From an uncultured Clostridia bacterium (GTDB taxonomy: Bacteria > Bacillota > Clostridia > TANB77 > CAG-508), in the NCBI GenBank assembly GCA_944388605.1, contig CALXJJ010000005.1, positions 5,966-69,965 of the forward strand: DNA of 64,000 bases, read 5' to 3'. The notes below the pieces were generated by a model, which was given only the letters and a program-made list of their open reading frames with translations, was not told the origin of the DNA and did not search any database. Shown here piece after piece: positions 42,376 through 52,300 of this stretch (the first letter of the stretch is position 1; the number at the start of each line of letters is the position of its first letter). A program made the position numbers and the translations under genes.

Positions 42376-42987
42376 ATGCGTAGTATTATAAATATAACAT
42401 TAAAACAAGATGAGATAACAATAAAATTAAATGAAAATGCTACACAAGAAGAAATAGTAAATGTACTAAAGAAGAAAATGCCAGAATTAAAAAAATTGTA
42501 TAAAGAAGAAAAAACACCAATATTTGTTACTGGAAAAATACTTAAAAATAAAGAAATAGATGAAATACAAGAATTAATTGAAAAAAATATAGATGTAGAA
42601 ATAAAATTTGACAGTCCAAAGATTTTAGGCTTATATAGTATTAAAAGAACATTTAAAAAAGATATAGGAATATCAGAAACGAAATTTCATAGAGGCTCAA
42701 TAAGGTCTGGTCAAAAAGTTGAATTTGAAGGAAGCTTAGTAATATTAGGAGATGTAAATAGTGGAGCAGAAGTAATAGCAGGAGAAAATATAGTTGTTCT
42801 AGGAGCTTTAAGAGGATTAGCCCACGCGGGAGCAAAAGGAAATAAAGAAGCAATTATATCTAGTCAAATTATAGAAGCACCTCAGTTAAGAATTGCAAAT
42901 ATTGTAAAAGAAATTGAAAAAGAAGAAAAGAATGAACCAAAAACATATGCATATGTGAATGATGATGACAAAGTTATATTAGAATAG
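42376..42987 (+). CDS. minC: Septum site-determining protein MinC
   Basis: C-terminal beta-helix motif (GDVNSGAEVIAGENIVVLGALRGLAHAGA). No minD or minE follows. Confidence 0.8.
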   Translation: MRSIINITLKQDEITIKLNENATQEEIVNVLKKKMPELKKLYKEEKTPIFVTGKILKNKEIDEIQELIEKNIDVEIKFDSPKILGLYSIKRTFKKDIGISETKFHRGSIRSGQKVEFEGSLVILGDVNSGAEVIAGENIVVLGALRGLAHAGAKGNKEAIISSQIIEAPQLRIANIVKEIEKEEKNEPKTYAYVNDDDKVILE

Positions 42988-43070
42988 AAAAGAATTAGGA
43001 CATTGTATAAAAAATGCAATGTCCTATAAATTTAGAAAAGTAGAGAAAAGTTATCTAATAAATGAATTTG

Positions 43071-43349
43071 TTAACTAAGTAATAATAAAATTAGTGCAAT
43101 GAATAAATACTCATCTTTAACTCCTTCTTCATATAAAAATATCAAAATTAATAATAACAATAAATCATCTAAATAAAGATTGATTCCTAAAATAGTGAAA
43201 AGAGGTTTTTCATTATTTTGATTTTTTTCATTTGCAGTATTACTAGAAGGAGGAAGTTTGGCTTTATGGTTAAGATTATGGTGATTAATATTATAAGGTC
43301 TGTAATAATTATGAGAAAAATATGGATTAAAAGGATTATATGGTGGCAT
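43071..43349 (-). CDS. Hypothetical Pro/Tyr/Asn-rich protein with a hydrophobic C-terminus (92 aa)
   Basis: Its start codon overlaps the stop of the upstream ORF (TAATG), which suggests translational coupling. Confidence 0.4.
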   Translation of the reverse strand: MPPYNPFNPYFSHNYYRPYNINHHNLNHKAKLPPSSNTANEKNQNNEKPLFTILGINLYLDDLLLLLILIFLYEEGVKDEYLFIALILLLLS

Positions 43350-43762
43350 TATCCATTGCCACCTGAAGAGTTATTTTTCATACCAAATATATTTCCTAAT
43401 CCAGAATCATTTAAATTTCCCATAATAGAAGCCATTTTTAAAAAATTAATGTATTGATCTACTTTTTCTTTTCTGCTTTCTTTTAAATATGGTTTTAAAG
43501 AAAGTAATAAATTAGATCTAGGGTCATTAGAAGTATTTTTCATTGCGTCAGCAATTGATTTAAATTTCATAATCATATTAATATCTATATCACCAAAAGG
43601 ATTATCTACGGAGGATTGGTCTTGAGAAGAATTTGAATTACTATTTTCTTTATTAGAATTAAGATTAATATTATTCATTATATCTTTAATATTATCTGGA
43701 ATATTGCCAGAATTAATCATATTACTTATATTTTTAATAACATCAGACATATCCTCGCTCAT
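43349..43762 (-). CDS. Hypothetical Asn/Ser-rich protein (137 aa)
   Basis: Intact ORF in an operon-like arrangement with its neighbours. No family recognised. Confidence 0.45.
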   Translation of the reverse strand: MSEDMSDVIKNISNMINSGNIPDNIKDIMNNINLNSNKENSNSNSSQDQSSVDNPFGDIDINMIMKFKSIADAMKNTSNDPRSNLLLSLKPYLKESRKEKVDQYINFLKMASIMGNLNDSGLGNIFGMKNNSSGGNG

Positions 43763-43780
43763 ATATTATCATCCTTTCTT

Positions 43781-43939
43781 CTATTTATTTGTATTTTTTT
43801 TGATTTGCTCAATTATTTTATCAGCTTCTTTAGAATTTAGCACTTTACTTACTTGATTAAGACCGTTCTCAAGTTTACTTTTGTCCATTTTTGAAAGCAT
43901 AGTCATAAGACTTGCCATATCTATATTATTATTGTCCAT
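43781..43939 (-). CDS. Hypothetical small protein (52 aa)
   Basis: GGGAGG RBS 7 nt upstream of the ATG. First gene of the minus-strand trio. Confidence 0.4.
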   Translation of the reverse strand: MDNNNIDMASLMTMLSKMDKSKLENGLNQVSKVLNSKEADKIIEQIKKNTNK

Positions 43940-44236
43940 AATAACCTCCCAAAATATTAGATTGTAAATGTATCTTTATAAAATATATGCCAATAAAATA
44001 AAAAAGGTGCTATTAAATATAAAATTTATTAAATAAGTATAAAGTATTCTAAAAATATACATTTCATAGAAAAAAGACTTAGAGCTAAAATACTATAAGT
44101 AGAAATTATTAATTTAATGTTGATATTTATTCTTGGAAATAAATGTAACAAAAATGTAATAAAAGCCATGTCTTGAATTTCCGTAAGAAATAAAAGTAAG
44201 CATTTGAATATGTAGTCGAATATACAGGAAAAAGTG

Positions 44237-44265
44237 TTGAAAAATCAAATAAAACGTGGTAAAAT
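44237..44265 (+). promoter_or_regulatory. Putative sigma-A promoter (TTGAAA, 17 nt spacer, TAAAAT) upstream of adhesin gene 1
   Basis: Hexamers with 17-nt spacing about 55 nt upstream of the ATG. Confidence 0.35.
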
Positions 44266-44319
44266 AAATGTATATAGGTATATTTATTATGTTAATATAT
44301 AAAAATAGGAGGAACCATT

Positions 44320-47300
44320 ATGAAAAAAATAAATAAAATTTTATCAGTACTACTAGTTTTTACAATGATGTGGACTTACTTATCTGTGATTTTGTCATTC
44401 ACAAATGAAGTATATGCATCATCTAACGAATTAGAGTCACAAGATAAAGATACAGGAAATAGTAATGTGGAATTTGATAGTTATTTTGATGGAGGAGTAC
44501 ACAGCATAAAATCTGATATTAATTCACAAGATACAAAAATTCATATGAATATTAAAGTGAAGAATGCAGGCTACCTTAAAGATGCAAAAATAAAGGTTAG
44601 CAATGCTAATTTTGTGTTGTCTGGTGATATGGTAGAAGGTGTGCAAAGTATAGATACAAACTCTGGAGAAATAGCATTAGAACAAATAAATAATGGAGAT
44701 GACAAAACATATAGTTTTACAATTTATCCAAGAAAAGACGATTTGATAAATGTAGATAATTTCGTAAAAGAAAATGAAATACTTTTTGAAGGTACATATA
44801 TAAATAAAGATGGAGAAGAGGAAAAAGTACAATCTACTATAAAGGATAAGATAGAATGGAATGGTAATGCAAAAATAAATGTAGAAGCAAATGTAATTAA
44901 AAATATACCATTTAGCATAAAGAGCGGAAAAGGAGAAATTTTACAAGTAGAAGTAAAAACAAATGTAGTAGACAATCTATTACCAATCAAAACAAATGAA
45001 TTAAATATTGTGGTTCCTATGATAAATAATATATTGCCAGATGATGTAAATGTTATGGCAAAAGATACAATAGCAACAAATGGAAAAGATGGAGTAGACT
45101 TTACAGAAGAAAATTATTCATATGACAAAGAAAAAGGAATCTTAAATATAAAAGTAGAAAATAATCCAGAAGAAGAAAAAATAGATTGGAGAAAAAATGA
45201 ACAGGATGAATTTATAATAACATATGTATATAATAATGAAGAAGTTTATAATTATATGACAGCAAATGAAACATTAATAAATTCAGAAATAACGAGTAAT
45301 ATGTCATTATATAATAATGAAGAAACAAAAATAGAAACAAAAATTAATTTAAATACATCAGTAAAAGAGCAAATAGGAGACATTGTTACATTAACACCAA
45401 GTATAGAAACACAAACATTATCAAAAGCATATATATATGCAAATTATGATAAATCAGAAAATAAAGAAGAAACTAATTATACTCAAAAATATAGAGTAGA
45501 AGTAGCAGTATCAAATATTATAGATGAACTTGAAATAAATGAACAATATGATGCATTTATTATAAATGGAGAGCAAGGATTAACAACAGTTGCAGGTACA
45601 AATTATGCATACAACAAAAAAGTGTATATATCAGAAAAAATATTTAATAAAATTTTAGGAGAAAATGGATATATAAATTTAATAGATATAAATGGAAATA
45701 CAATAGGAACAATAAACAAAGATACACAAAGAGATGAAAATGGAAATATGTATATTGATATTTCTGGATTAGATAATAATATGGTAAAAATGCAGATAAG
45801 TAAACCAATAACAGAAGGAAATATAGATATTTTCATAGATAAAGCAATAAAAGGTGAAATAGCATACAGTAAAGAGCAATTAAAAGATACGACAAGTTTA
45901 AGAATGTTTTCAGATATAAAAGTTATAAATAATGACTCTGTAATAGCAGAAAGACAAGCAGAAGCAGAAAAAGAATTTATAGAACCAAAAACAACAGCAG
46001 AGATAGAAATAAATAATACAAGTTTATCAAGCATAGTAACAAATGAAGATGTAGAAATTAAAGCAATATTAAGAACAGATAGTGTAGAAAACGCATTGTT
46101 TAAAAATCCAACAATTAGAATAGACTTACCAGAATATATAGAAAATATAAATGTAAAAAATGTTTATATTGCATATGATGATGAACTAAAAATAACAGAA
46201 GCTAACCTATTTGAAGAAAATGGGCATAAAGTAATAGAAATAAGATTAGAGGGAACACAAACTAAGTATAACATTGGTTCAGTAACTAAAGGAACAAATA
46301 TAGTTATTGTTGGAGATATAACAGTTAAGAAATTAACACCAACAGTAGATACAGAAATAAAAATGACATATACAAACGAAAATAGTACAGAATTAGAAAA
46401 TATTATGGCAAAAACAAGAGCAAGAACATTAAGTTTAGTTACTCAAGAAGTTTCTACAAAAATACAAATAGTTGCTCCAACAGGATTAGTTACAGTAAAT
46501 GAAATACAAGGATTTTCTGCAAATGGAACTAAAATTACATCAATAAGCGGAGAAGAACAAACAGGAAAATTAGAATATAGAGGAGAACAAAGAACAGCCA
46601 AAGTTACAGGAACAATAATAAACAATTATGAAAATGATTTAAATAATGTTAGGATTTTAGGAAGATTACCTGTAACAGGAGTAATGAATAATACATTTGA
46701 CGCAAAAATAAATTCTGAGATTAATTTAACAGGAGCAAATGCAACAATATATTATAGTACAAAAGCAGATGCAACAGATGATATTGGAAATACTGGAAAT
46801 GGATGGACAACAACATTTACTGCAGAAGCTAAATCATATTTAATAGTAATTGACGGAAATGTTACAAGAAGTGCACAACTAAGCTTTACATATGATATTT
46901 TAATACCTGCAGATTTAGATTATTATCAAACAATTGCAGAAAAATACAGTGTAATGTTTAATAATTTGATGCCAGACAATATACAAGCTCAAACAGAAAA
47001 TTCACCGCTTGCTACATTAACAACAGGAGAAGGAGTTAAACTAGAAGCAAGTTTAGCAGTAGAAGGAAATGGAAAAGAAGTATATAGAACAAGAGAAAAT
47101 ATAAAATATATAGCAACAATTAAGAATACAGGAAATTTGGATGCAGAAAATGCAAAAATAACATTTGATATTCCAGAAGGAATGTTATATATGGAATATG
47201 ATGATGGTAATACAATATTTGAACATCCAGAAACACCATTTAATGGAATAGATGTAGGATTAATAAAAGCAGGAGAAACAAAGCAAGTAACATTTTATTT

Positions 47301-49368
47301 ACAAGTAAATGTAGCTTCAGATGAAGAAACAACAGATGTAAAATTAAGTGCAAATATTACAGCAGATAAGTTAGACAAACCGATTTCTACAAATGAAGTA
47401 ACAATTAAGACTATAAGAGGACAATTTGAGATAATGAACAGAACAAATACATTAGATGGAGAAGAATTTGCAGAAGGAGCAAGAATAATATATGAAGTAA
47501 CAGTAAGAAATTACAATGTAACAACACAAAATGAACAGCCTGTAAAACAAAGTACAACAAATACAACAGTAACAATACCATTACCTAAAAATAGTCAAAT
47601 CTTAGATAAATATGTTGCAGAATCTGGTGGCGGACAAAAATTAGATATAGAAATAAATGAATCAAATAATACATTAACTGTAAATTTAGGTACATTAGAA
47701 TATTTGGATAGTAGATATATTTATGTAGAATATTTAATCGGAGCAGATGCAGTAGGAGATTTTAATACACAAGTAAGTGTTAGAGCAGATGGAATAGATG
47801 AGCACTATTCAAATAATAAAGTAATGCATATTAAAGCAATAGATTTAGAATTAGTTCAAAATGATATTGATAAAGAATATGTAAAAGAAAGAGAAGTATT
47901 TAAATATAAATTTACATTAACAAATTTAACAGGAACAGCAATAAAAGATGTTGTAATAGAAGATATAATACCAAAAGAAGTAATATTTGATGAACATTTA
48001 GTTGCTTATCAAGTTGATGAAAATGGAAATACGATAGTAAATCCAGATACTAAGGAACCAATTCCAGAAAAAATATTATACATATATACTGAAGATGGAA
48101 CAGAATATAATAGAGTATATACATATAACTCTAATAATGGAAATGCAGTAATAAACTTAGATACATTAGATGCTAATACAACAGTATATATAGAACTTGC
48201 TGTAAGAGCAGGAACAGTTGAAGATGATACAGAAGTAACAAATTATGCTAAAATATCTGCAAATGGAGTACAAGAGAAAGAATCAAATAAAATAACACAT
48301 TATATAGAATATACTCCAGAAAATCATGGTGAAACACCAGAAAAAGAGGGTAGATATAAAATAACAGGAACAGCATGGTTAGATGCAGATAAAAATGGAC
48401 AAAGAGACGATGGAGAAGAATTATTATCAAATATAAGAGTAATGTTAATGAATGTAGATACAAACCAAATTGCAGTAGATGCAGATAATGGTGAACAAAA
48501 AATAGTAACAACAAATTCAAATGGTAAATATGAATTCTCAAATCTATTACCAGGAAGATATATAGTTATATTTGTATATGATGCAAGTAAATATTCAATA
48601 ACAGATTACAAAAAAGAAAATGTATCATCAACAGTAAATTCAGATGCAATATTAATGAAAATGGATATAGATGGAAAATTAACTAATGTTGGTGCAACAG
48701 ACACAATAGTTGTAACAAATGAAAATATTAGAAGTATGGACATTGGATTATATGAACAAAAGAAATTTGACTTAAAATTAGAAAAATACATTACAAAAAT
48801 AACAGTTCAGAATAATACAGGAACAAAAACATATGATTATGGAGAAACACAATTAGCAAAAAGAGATTTAATTGCAAGCCAAATGAATAATACAAACTTA
48901 GTAGTAGAATATAAAATTAAAGTTATAAATGAAGGACAACTAGAAGGATATGCTAAAAAGATTATAGACTATTTACCAAAAGAATTAAAATTCAGTACAG
49001 AACTAAATCCGGATTGGTATTTAGGACAAGATGGCAATATATATAATGCAAGTTTAGCTGATACAAAGATAAATCCAGGAGAAACAAAAGAAATAACATT
49101 AATATTAACAAAAGCGACATCAAAGAGTGATAATTTAGGATTAATAACAAATAAAGCAGAATTATATGAAGTTTCAAATGATTATGGAGTAGAAGATATA
49201 GACTCAACACCAAATAACAATGTACAAAATGAAGATGATACTTCAATAGCAAATTTACTATTATCACCAGGAACTGGTAGAACAGTATTATTTGTAGTAT
49301 TAACAACAGTAATAATAATAATAATTGGAGTAGGAGTTTACTTCATAAAGAAAAAGGTAATAAAATAA
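44320..49368 (+). CDS. Giant cell-wall-anchored surface protein (1682 aa): DUF11/CARDB-like repeats and an SdrD-B/CnaB-like domain
   Basis: AGGAGG RBS and signal peptide. SdrD-B-like segment (TGTAWLDADKNGQRDDGEELL...TNSNGKYEFSNLLPGRYIV). C-terminal SPGTG motif, hydrophobic helix and KKKVIK tail. Confidence 0.8.
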   Translation: MKKINKILSVLLVFTMMWTYLSVILSFTNEVYASSNELESQDKDTGNSNVEFDSYFDGGVHSIKSDINSQDTKIHMNIKVKNAGYLKDAKIKVSNANFVLSGDMVEGVQSIDTNSGEIALEQINNGDDKTYSFTIYPRKDDLINVDNFVKENEILFEGTYINKDGEEEKVQSTIKDKIEWNGNAKINVEANVIKNIPFSIKSGKGEILQVEVKTNVVDNLLPIKTNELNIVVPMINNILPDDVNVMAKDTIATNGKDGVDFTEENYSYDKEKGILNIKVENNPEEEKIDWRKNEQDEFIITYVYNNEEVYNYMTANETLINSEITSNMSLYNNEETKIETKINLNTSVKEQIGDIVTLTPSIETQTLSKAYIYANYDKSENKEETNYTQKYRVEVAVSNIIDELEINEQYDAFIINGEQGLTTVAGTNYAYNKKVYISEKIFNKILGENGYINLIDINGNTIGTINKDTQRDENGNMYIDISGLDNNMVKMQISKPITEGNIDIFIDKAIKGEIAYSKEQLKDTTSLRMFSDIKVINNDSVIAERQAEAEKEFIEPKTTAEIEINNTSLSSIVTNEDVEIKAILRTDSVENALFKNPTIRIDLPEYIENINVKNVYIAYDDELKITEANLFEENGHKVIEIRLEGTQTKYNIGSVTKGTNIVIVGDITVKKLTPTVDTEIKMTYTNENSTELENIMAKTRARTLSLVTQEVSTKIQIVAPTGLVTVNEIQGFSANGTKITSISGEEQTGKLEYRGEQRTAKVTGTIINNYENDLNNVRILGRLPVTGVMNNTFDAKINSEINLTGANATIYYSTKADATDDIGNTGNGWTTTFTAEAKSYLIVIDGNVTRSAQLSFTYDILIPADLDYYQTIAEKYSVMFNNLMPDNIQAQTENSPLATLTTGEGVKLEASLAVEGNGKEVYRTRENIKYIATIKNTGNLDAENAKITFDIPEGMLYMEYDDGNTIFEHPETPFNGIDVGLIKAGETKQVTFYLQVNVASDEETTDVKLSANITADKLDKPISTNEVTIKTIRGQFEIMNRTNTLDGEEFAEGARIIYEVTVRNYNVTTQNEQPVKQSTTNTTVTIPLPKNSQILDKYVAESGGGQKLDIEINESNNTLTVNLGTLEYLDSRYIYVEYLIGADAVGDFNTQVSVRADGIDEHYSNNKVMHIKAIDLELVQNDIDKEYVKEREVFKYKFTLTNLTGTAIKDVVIEDIIPKEVIFDEHLVAYQVDENGNTIVNPDTKEPIPEKILYIYTEDGTEYNRVYTYNSNNGNAVINLDTLDANTTVYIELAVRAGTVEDDTEVTNYAKISANGVQEKESNKITHYIEYTPENHGETPEKEGRYKITGTAWLDADKNGQRDDGEELLSNIRVMLMNVDTNQIAVDADNGEQKIVTTNSNGKYEFSNLLPGRYIVIFVYDASKYSITDYKKENVSSTVNSDAILMKMDIDGKLTNVGATDTIVVTNENIRSMDIGLYEQKKFDLKLEKYITKITVQNNTGTKTYDYGETQLAKRDLIASQMNNTNLVVEYKIKVINEGQLEGYAKKIIDYLPKELKFSTELNPDWYLGQDGNIYNASLADTKINPGETKEITLILTKATSKSDNLGLITNKAELYEVSNDYGVEDIDSTPNNNVQNEDDTSIANLLLSPGTGRTVLFVVLTTVIIIIIGVGVYFIKKKVIK

Positions 49369-49388
49369 GGAAAGGAGGATAAAATTAG

Positions 49389-52300
49389 ATGAAAAGGAAA
49401 AGTTATATATTAACATTTCTATTTGCAATAGTGTCAGTAATAATATTTGCATTTCTTGTATCCATTATAAATATAGAACAAATTAAATCTGTATTTGGAG
49501 ATAAGCTAGGATATGTTAGTGGAACAGAAGAAATACTTAGTGCTGAAGAAAAGGTTTCAGAAGACCTTGGAGTACATATTACACATAATGAATTCTGCAA
49601 TGGCTCAGATATAAGAATAGTAAAAGAGATTTCAGTTGGAGATGATATGTGGAGACCATTAACAGAAAATGGAGAAGTAATGTACTGTATTAAACCAGGA
49701 GCTCCATTATCTACATCTGCAAGAGGAGGAAGAGCACATTTAAGCAAAGAAGAAATATATGCTTTTGATGGACAAGAATTACATGAAGATTGTGGATGTG
49801 CACCAGATGTTGAAGGTTATTTAGATATAAGTGATCCATATGCAATATGTGAAGGCAGACATTACTGGGCAGATAGTTCATATGGTGGAGGAAAATTATA
49901 TGATGTAGCATTTATTGTATCATTCCAAGAAGATCCTCATATTGGAAACTATGGTGATTGGGCAGATGCAATACAACAAGCCATTTGGATGTCACCAATA
50001 TGTTTAACAGGAGATCCAGGAAGAGGTCATGATAGAGCAGCAGGACTTGCAATAAGTAAAATGGCAGAAAACTATAAGGATTTCTTCACAAAAATAATGG
50101 AACAAAAATCTGACGGACATTCTATGGTAAAAGCAGATACAACAGATTATAGTAAAGTACAAATAGATGTGGAGTATACAGATGATGATAATAAAGAACC
50201 AGATACATATTACAGAATGGGACCATTTAAAATAGATTATGTAAGTGGTGTATATGAAAGTAATGGTTCACAATACTCTTTCGGTGGAATTTCAAATATG
50301 TATTTATATTATGATGATGGAAAAACAAACCCAGAACACAGAATAGAAATTACACACTTCTTATATCCAGATGGAGATGTTACAGCAAGTGGTGAAGGAA
50401 GATATGTAAAACCAAGATATTTCAATGTACGTTGGCCAGCAGGAGGAGCAGATCCAGGATATCCAGAAACAGGAGAAGTAAATAAAAACCTTGTAGACTT
50501 TTATCATGGAGCATATGGTAAAGTTGCAGGATACCCAGAACCAAATCAAGAATTCTATATTGAATTCAGAGCTTCAGATTTAGAAGGAATAGAAGCTAAA
50601 TCATTAAAACTACATGTTGACTTTAAATTCTTAACATGTGAAATGGAAATATGTATAAGAAATACAGTTGAAAGGTATCAAGTACAACAAGATCATGTTG
50701 ATACAACACATTATCATCCTACATCAGATGGAGGAAGAAGAAAATGCCATGATTGTGATAAAACATCTTGGATAGATAAAATACCACAACAGGCTTGTGT
50801 ATATATAGCATATGCAGATAGACATTTAGATAAAGATGAATTAGACATACCATTTGAAGACATACCAATAGAAGATTGGCCTACACTTACAATGAAAATT
50901 GGTGGATTCGTATTTGAAGATTATAAAACAGGAAAAGAGCAAGATTCAAATAACAACAAAGGTGATGAAGATATTGTATTAAAAAATATTGAAGTTACAT
51001 TATGGGAAGTTGATGAAAGTGGAAATAAAAAATTAGCAGAATTAGCAACATATGAGCAAGAATTCCCTGGATCAACAGCAGAACCAGAAGATGATTATAC
51101 AAGAAGAATAAATCCAACATTAACAGATGAAAAAGGATATTATGAATTTAGAGGTGTTGATAAATCTAAAAAATATGTAGTAGAGTTCTCATATAATGGA
51201 CAAGATTATATGCCAACAAACTATATAACAGATTTAAATGGAACACAATACACAAACGTAAAATCAATGGTAGACAATGATGCAGAAGATGATTATTACA
51301 ATAGCGTAAAAGATACAGAACCATGGAAATCAACATCAAAAGCTACAGAAATAACATCAGAAAGAGAAGCTTATGACAAAAAATTTGCTTCAATTGGATC
51401 ATATCCAAAGAACTATGCAACAAGTAATAGTTTAGGATATACAGATGTAATGTTAGAAGATGGAGGAATATATAATAAAACATTTACAAAAAATGATTTA
51501 TTAGGATTAGAATTAGATACTAGTGGACAATATGTACAAAGATATACTTATTATGGAGCTGAATCATTAATAGATTATATTAAGATAGAAGGAGAAAATT
51601 CAAATTCAAAACAAGTTACATTTGTAGAAGGCGCAATAAGTAAGAGAATTAGGGAATTTATAGATGCAGAAAGAAGATATCCAACAGATGAAGAAATGAT
51701 TAGTGTTATATATGCTTCTATAATAGGTAGTACAGATGATGAAAATATTAAAAACAAACTTCAATTTATAGAAGATTGCAAAATAAGTGCTTGGACAAAA
51801 AATCAACAAGCAAGTGAAAATATACTAGACTATGATTTATATCCTGTATATGATAGATTCAAAACATATGTAAAGAGTGGTAATAAATACCCAATAAATA
51901 GTTATGCAAATGGAAGTTATGATGGAACAGTATCAGAATATGCAAGTGTTGAATTACCAAAAGCACAACAAACAGGAGGAACTGAAACAGAATTATATAA
52001 AAATGTTTACCCAGGACAATTACAAATTAACTTAGGATTGTGGGAAAGACAAGAAGCTGATATGAGTATCAAAAAAGATGCATATAAAGTAGCATTAAAA
52101 ATAAATGGAAAAATGCAAGTATATGATTATGATGATAGAAATGTTGGAAGTGACGAAAATGTTGCAAACCAATATGATGCATTAGGAAATAGAATAGAAA
52201 ATACTACTTGGGATATATCAGTAAGAGTTTCTGATGGATATTATGGAACAATAAGTAGAAAATATTATGAATTACCATTATATCCAGATGATTATAATTA

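Noticed and set aside
43940-44320. Possible c-di-GMP or other riboswitch in the long leader of the adhesin gene
   Set aside because: The GC-rich conserved cores of GEMM-I/II or other riboswitches are absent. Only an AT-rich shared motif was found, and it is reported separately.
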